The notes beneath the pieces are model-generated. The model ran no database searches. It was given only the letters and a program-made list of their open reading frames with translations, and had not been told where the DNA came from. A stretch of 64,000 bases of DNA from Candidatus Xenobia bacterium (GTDB taxonomy: Bacteria > Vulcanimicrobiota > Xenobia > Xenobiales > QWHO01): the NCBI GenBank assembly GCA_045863235.1, contig BTUM01000020.1:43287-107286 (forward strand), given 5' to 3'. Numbering within the stretch: the stretch's first letter is position 1; each line of letters starts with the position of its first letter. Positions 59,996 through 64,000 of the stretch are shown in pieces. The translations under genes and the position numbers were made by a program.

Positions 59996-62014
59996 TTAGA
60001 GAAAATCCATCAACACCACCACCGAGCGCGCCTCGACCCGGTAGGTGGAGCCCGGCAGCGAGGGCTTCTCCTCCCAGGGGCCGATGTCGTCCGGCGAGGG
60101 CAGGCTGGTATCGAGCCAGCGCTTCCACCCTCGCGAGGGTAGCTCGAACTCGAGGGGCTCCCAGTAAGCGTTCAGCATGCCGTGCATGATCCGCTTGCCA
60201 TCGGCGAGCCGGGCGGTGAAGGCCAGCGAGTGGGAGATGTCCCGCCAGTCAGGCTGTGAAAGCCGGGTTCCGTGCCACTCCACCCGACCCTGGCGCAGCA
60301 GTTCGGTGAGGGTCAGCCCCTCATTGGCCGAGGCGTCCCGGCCCACGTGGGCGGCCACCAGCTGGCTGACGAAGCGCAGCAGGTCGGCGTGGCGCTCGAC
60401 CAGGCTCCAGTCGAACCAGCTGATCTCGTTATCCTGACAGTAGGCATTGTTGTTGCCCAGCTGGGTGCGCCGCACCTCGTCTCCCATCAACAGCATGGGC
60501 GTGCCCAGAGCCATCAGGTTGAGGGCCATGAAGTTCTTGCACTGGCGGTTGCGCAGCGCTTCGATGGCCGGGTCGCCTGTGGGCCCCTCCACCCCGCAGT
60601 TCCAGCTGAAGTTCTCATTGCTGCCGTCGCGGTTGTCCTCGCCATTGGCCTGGTTGTGCTTGTGATCGTAGCTGACCAGATCGTTGAGGGTGAAGCCGTC
60701 GTGGCAGGTCACGAAGTTGATGCTCTGCTCGGGCTCTCGCTCTTCGTGACCGAACACGTCCGGGCTGGCCAGCAGGCGGTCGGCCACCCGGGCCACGGTG
60801 TTGTTCTCTCCTCGCAGAAAGCGGCGCACGTCGTCGCGGAACTTGCCGTTCCACTCCTTCCAGCTGTCCCCCACGAAACTGCCCACCTGATACAGGCCGG
60901 CCGCGTCCCAGGCCTCGGCGATCAGCTTGCTGCCCGCCAGCACCGGGTCGGACTCGATGTCCCACAGGATAGGAGGATTCTCCAGTGGCTTTCCATGGGC
61001 GTCGCGGGCCAGAATGGAGGCCAGGTCGAAGCGAAAGCCGTCCACGTGCATCTCCTGCACCCAGAAACGCAGGCTATCGAGGATCAGGCGACGGACCACC
61101 GCGTGGTTGCCGTTCATGGTGTTGCCGCAACCGGTGTAATCGAGCAGCTTGCCGGAGGGGTCGGTCAGGTAGTACGTGTTCCGGTCCAGCCCCTTGAAGC
61201 AGAAAGTGGGACCGTCCTCTCCCACCTCCGCGGTATGGTTGTAGACCACGTCCAACAGAACCTCGATGCCAGCCTTGTGCAGAGCCTTGACCATAGCTCG
61301 GAACTCCTGGCCCGGGTCGCCCTGGCTGTAGCCGGGATGGGCCGCAAAAAACGAGACCGGCTGGTAGCCCCAGTAGTTGGGCCGACCGGCGGGCGCGGCC
61401 TGGGGGTCGAAGTGGAAGACCGGCAGCAGCTCGACCGCCGTGACGCCCAGCTGCTTGAGATAGGGGATCTTGTCCACTACCCCGAGGTAGGTGCCACGCC
61501 GCTGCTCCGGCAAGCCTGAGTTGGGATGGCGGGTGAAGCCTCCTACGTGCATCTCGTAGATGACCGTCTGGGAGAACGGCCGGCCCAGGGGAACGTCTCC
61601 TTCCCAGTCGTAGGCGGCGCGCCGATCGATGAGCACGCTCTTCATGGCCGTGGCGGCGTTGTCGCCCGGGCGAGCGCCTGCTTCGCGGTCGTAGCCGGGC
61701 GGAACGGCCACTCCTCGTCCATAGGGATCGAGCAGCACCTTTTGGGGATCGTAGCCCAGCTGCTCGGGCCCGCGGGCTCGGTAGGCGTAGATCTGCCCCG
61801 GGGTCAGGCCGGCCACCTCCCCATGCCAGTAATGATAGGTGCGGCCGCCCAGGGGAATGACCCGGGCCGGTCGGCGGTCATCCACCCGGTCGAACAAGAG
61901 CAGCTCGAGGCCCGCGGCGCCCCGAGCGAAGACCGAGAAATTGGCCCCAAGGGCGGTCAGGGTGGCCCCGGTCGGGTAGCACCGGCCCTTGCGGGGGGGG
62001 GTCGCTCTGGGCAC
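59996..62014 (-). CDS. glgX: Glycogen debranching enzyme
   Basis: NYWGY, DVVYNHT, DGFRFDLAS, AEAWD, HDGFTL.DLVSY and NNNAYCQDN motifs; GTG start after GGAGG (alternative ATG at 62038). Confidence 0.95.
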   Translation of the reverse strand: MPRATPPRKGRCYPTGATLTALGANFSVFARGAAGLELLLFDRVDDRRPARVIPLGGRTYHYWHGEVAGLTPGQIYAYRARGPEQLGYDPQKVLLDPYGRGVAVPPGYDREAGARPGDNAATAMKSVLIDRRAAYDWEGDVPLGRPFSQTVIYEMHVGGFTRHPNSGLPEQRRGTYLGVVDKIPYLKQLGVTAVELLPVFHFDPQAAPAGRPNYWGYQPVSFFAAHPGYSQGDPGQEFRAMVKALHKAGIEVLLDVVYNHTAEVGEDGPTFCFKGLDRNTYYLTDPSGKLLDYTGCGNTMNGNHAVVRRLILDSLRFWVQEMHVDGFRFDLASILARDAHGKPLENPPILWDIESDPVLAGSKLIAEAWDAAGLYQVGSFVGDSWKEWNGKFRDDVRRFLRGENNTVARVADRLLASPDVFGHEEREPEQSINFVTCHDGFTLNDLVSYDHKHNQANGEDNRDGSNENFSWNCGVEGPTGDPAIEALRNRQCKNFMALNLMALGTPMLLMGDEVRRTQLGNNNAYCQDNEISWFDWSLVERHADLLRFVSQLVAAHVGRDASANEGLTLTELLRQGRVEWHGTRLSQPDWRDISHSLAFTARLADGKRIMHGMLNAYWEPLEFELPSRGWKRWLDTSLPSPDDIGPWEEKPSLPGSTYRVEARSVVVLMDFL

Positions 62015-62201
62015 CGTTTGTCTTCCTCCGCGGCACATTGTAGCTGTGAATTCCTGCAAACCTTCAGAGTTACATCTTAACAGCGAAGGCACGCGGGGCA
62101 ATGATCAGGATCACAGCTGATCTTCTCGGACCAGGAGGAGCCTCCCTGGATCTTCCGAACCGCCCCCGGCCCTCGGTTGAGGCCTATCAGGAGGTATTCT
62201 C

Positions 62202-63104
62202 ATGAAACGTTTCTTACTCGGATCGCTCGCCCTGCTACTGCTGAGTCTTCTGGTAGCTCCCGCGCCGTCGGCGGAAGGCAACCAGGGCCGGAAGGTCCTT
62301 CTCTTCCCCGTCTTGATCCAGGGCGAATTCAAGCCCCGCTCCGAGAAAGAGTTCAGTCAGGCGCTGATCAATCAGGCCCGCAAGATCGCTCCCAAGGCCA
62401 ATGTGATCGTGGCCCGGGAGGCTGACCTCAGCGGCATGCAATACCGGGCCGGCACCCAGCCGCCCTCGGTGGAGGAGGCCGGCCGCCTGTGCGCCGCCTA
62501 TGGGGCCGATTATGCGATGTTCTTGAGCCTTCGTTTCACGCCCGAGTTTGTCAACGGGGCCGACAGCGTGCTCACCATCGCGGGCGCGGCTCGCCTCTGG
62601 GCCTACCAGGCCAGCGACCGGAAGGTGCTCGTGGACGAGCCGATCTCGGTGGTGCGCAGCACTCCGGCCGGCAGCTATCCGACCGACCAGCAGTTGCAGC
62701 CTATGGCCGACAAGCTGTCGACCCAGTGCATCAACCAGCTGGCTCAGCAGATCGTCACGGTTGCTCGCCAGAGCGCCAACCAGCAGCTGGTGCAACAGTG
62801 GGCCGCGCCTGCCCCCGCTCAGCCTCAGGCTCCCAAAGTCAACGCCGCTATGAAGCGCATGATCGACAGCCTGGAGCGCTACCGACGGGCGGTGGACTCG
62901 GGCGACCTGATCGGCTCCACCGATACCCAGCGGGTAGCCCTCTCGGCCTGGCGCGGTCTCAGCCCGCAAGAGCAGAAGCAGATCGAGGCCATGTATCCGG
63001 GAACCTGGCAGTGGATGGAGGGCGGCTTCTACTACGACACGGGGAACTACTGGTACCCTGGCTACGGAGGGATGGGAGGGGTTCGCGGCGGCGGCCGTCG
63101 CTGA
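62202..63104 (+). CDS. Exported hypothetical protein
   Basis: AGGAGG RBS; signal peptide; Tyr/Gly-rich C-terminus. Confidence 0.75.
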   Translation: MKRFLLGSLALLLLSLLVAPAPSAEGNQGRKVLLFPVLIQGEFKPRSEKEFSQALINQARKIAPKANVIVAREADLSGMQYRAGTQPPSVEEAGRLCAAYGADYAMFLSLRFTPEFVNGADSVLTIAGAARLWAYQASDRKVLVDEPISVVRSTPAGSYPTDQQLQPMADKLSTQCINQLAQQIVTVARQSANQQLVQQWAAPAPAQPQAPKVNAAMKRMIDSLERYRRAVDSGDLIGSTDTQRVALSAWRGLSPQEQKQIEAMYPGTWQWMEGGFYYDTGNYWYPGYGGMGGVRGGGRR

Positions 63105-63106
63105 GG

Positions 63107-63149
63107 TTGACAATCGACGGGCAAACCCTGTAAAGTGAACAGTGTTCAC
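63107..63149 (+). promoter_or_regulatory. Sigma70-type promoter with overlapping palindromic operator
   Basis: TTGACA (63107-63112), 18-bp spacer, TAAAGT (63131-63136), and GTGAACA-G-TGTTCAC (63135-63149) directly before the ATG. Confidence 0.7.
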
Positions 63150-63899
63150 ATGGATTGTCCAACTCTCTATCACTTCCGGGTGGCCCATTACAGCGAGAAA
63201 GTGCGCTGGGCGCTGGATTACAAGGGCGTTCCCCATCGGCGACGCGCCCTGCCGCCCGGCTTCCATCTGCCCCACGCCCTGCTTCTCACCGGCAAGCGCA
63301 CACTGCCCATCCTGCGCCTGAACGGCCGGGCCATCAGAGATTCGACAGCCATCCTGGCCGAGTTGGAGCGGCTCCATCCCGAGCCCGCCCTTTACCCGGC
63401 CGACCTGGTGCTGCGCGAGCGGGCGCTGGCCATCGAGGACTATTACGACGAGGAGGTGGCGCCAGCGCTCAGGCGCCTGTTCTGGTCCACCTACATGAGC
63501 GACGCGACGGCCTGCGCGCGCATGGCGACCGATGGCTTTGGAGCTGCCACCCGGCTGGCCTGGAGGGCTCTCTGGCCGGTCATGCGTCCGCTCTTTCTCT
63601 CCAACATGCAGATTCGGCCCGAGCCGGTGCAGCGAGCGCGTCAGGCGCTGGGGGGCTACTTCGATCGCCTGGAGGCTGATACGGCAGCTGACGGATTCCA
63701 CGTTGGCGGCAGCTTCAGCCTGGCCGACCTGACAGCGGCGGCGGTGATGACGGCTCTGATCCGGCCGCCCGAGTTCTCCTACCCGCTGCCTGAGCCGTGG
63801 CCCCCGGCCCTGGTGGAACTGCGCGAGTCGCTGGCCGAGCGCCCGGGCTTCAAGTGGGTGCTCGACGTCTACCGGCGCTTTCGGCCCATCGCAAACTGA
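63150..63899 (+). CDS. Glutathione S-transferase family protein
   Basis: HYSEKVRWALDYKG, TLPIL, DSTAI, P.LYP and FSLADLTAA motifs. Confidence 0.9.
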   Translation: MDCPTLYHFRVAHYSEKVRWALDYKGVPHRRRALPPGFHLPHALLLTGKRTLPILRLNGRAIRDSTAILAELERLHPEPALYPADLVLRERALAIEDYYDEEVAPALRRLFWSTYMSDATACARMATDGFGAATRLAWRALWPVMRPLFLSNMQIRPEPVQRARQALGGYFDRLEADTAADGFHVGGSFSLADLTAAAVMTALIRPPEFSYPLPEPWPPALVELRESLAERPGFKWVLDVYRRFRPIAN

Positions 63900-63909
63900 T
63901 CGGCCACCG

Positions 63910-64000
63910 CGAACGTATGTTCCGGGCTCCGCCCCGCAGGCGGATCATGATCCGCTCCCGAGCCGGATCATGACGAACGCATGTTCCGGGCTCCGCTCCG
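63910..64000. repeat. Two 27-bp direct repeats, 64-bp period, truncated by window end
   Basis: CGAACGTATGTTCCGGGCTCCGCCCCG (63910-63936) vs CGAACGCATGTTCCGGGCTCCGCTCCG (63974-64000), 2 mismatches. Confidence 0.75.

Overview
GC-rich bacterial chromosomal window with about 53 supportable CDS. I found no rRNA, tRNA, intact transposase, integrase or convincing CRISPR array. Recognisable housekeeping genes are an F420 cluster (partial cofD, cofC, cofE and an F420-dependent LLM oxidoreductase), two tandem CNNM/CorB proteins, an actinobacterial/archaeal-type valS, miaE, an addAB-like helicase-nuclease pair, glgX and a GST. The strongest novelty candidate is a 1623-aa protein (43593-48464) that fuses a BREX BrxC/DUF6079-like P-loop ATPase to a C-terminal PglZ-like domain. 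It lies downstream of a TPR gene and a Uma2 nuclease gene and tail-to-tail with addAB, and no PglX-type methyltransferase is present in the window. A second theme is a set of accessory proteins (about 12.7-41.4 kb) with no Sec signal but a low-complexity N-terminus, often ending in D-x-V-x-L-S. Two proteins also share a C-terminal IGG-x-x-L-R-x-R motif. Together these suggest an uncharacterised export route. Other signals are a 10 x 17-aa repeat protein, a 4 x DSPGAGGGYPP protein facing a methyltransferase, a TGTAGTGT-N14-ACACTACA palindrome present twice, a 4 x 25-bp tandem repeat, and a 27-bp repeat pair cut by the window end. The protein style recalls Vulcanimicrobiota (Eremiobacterota), but that is an unverified inference. 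All family calls come from motif recognition by eye, not from database searches.
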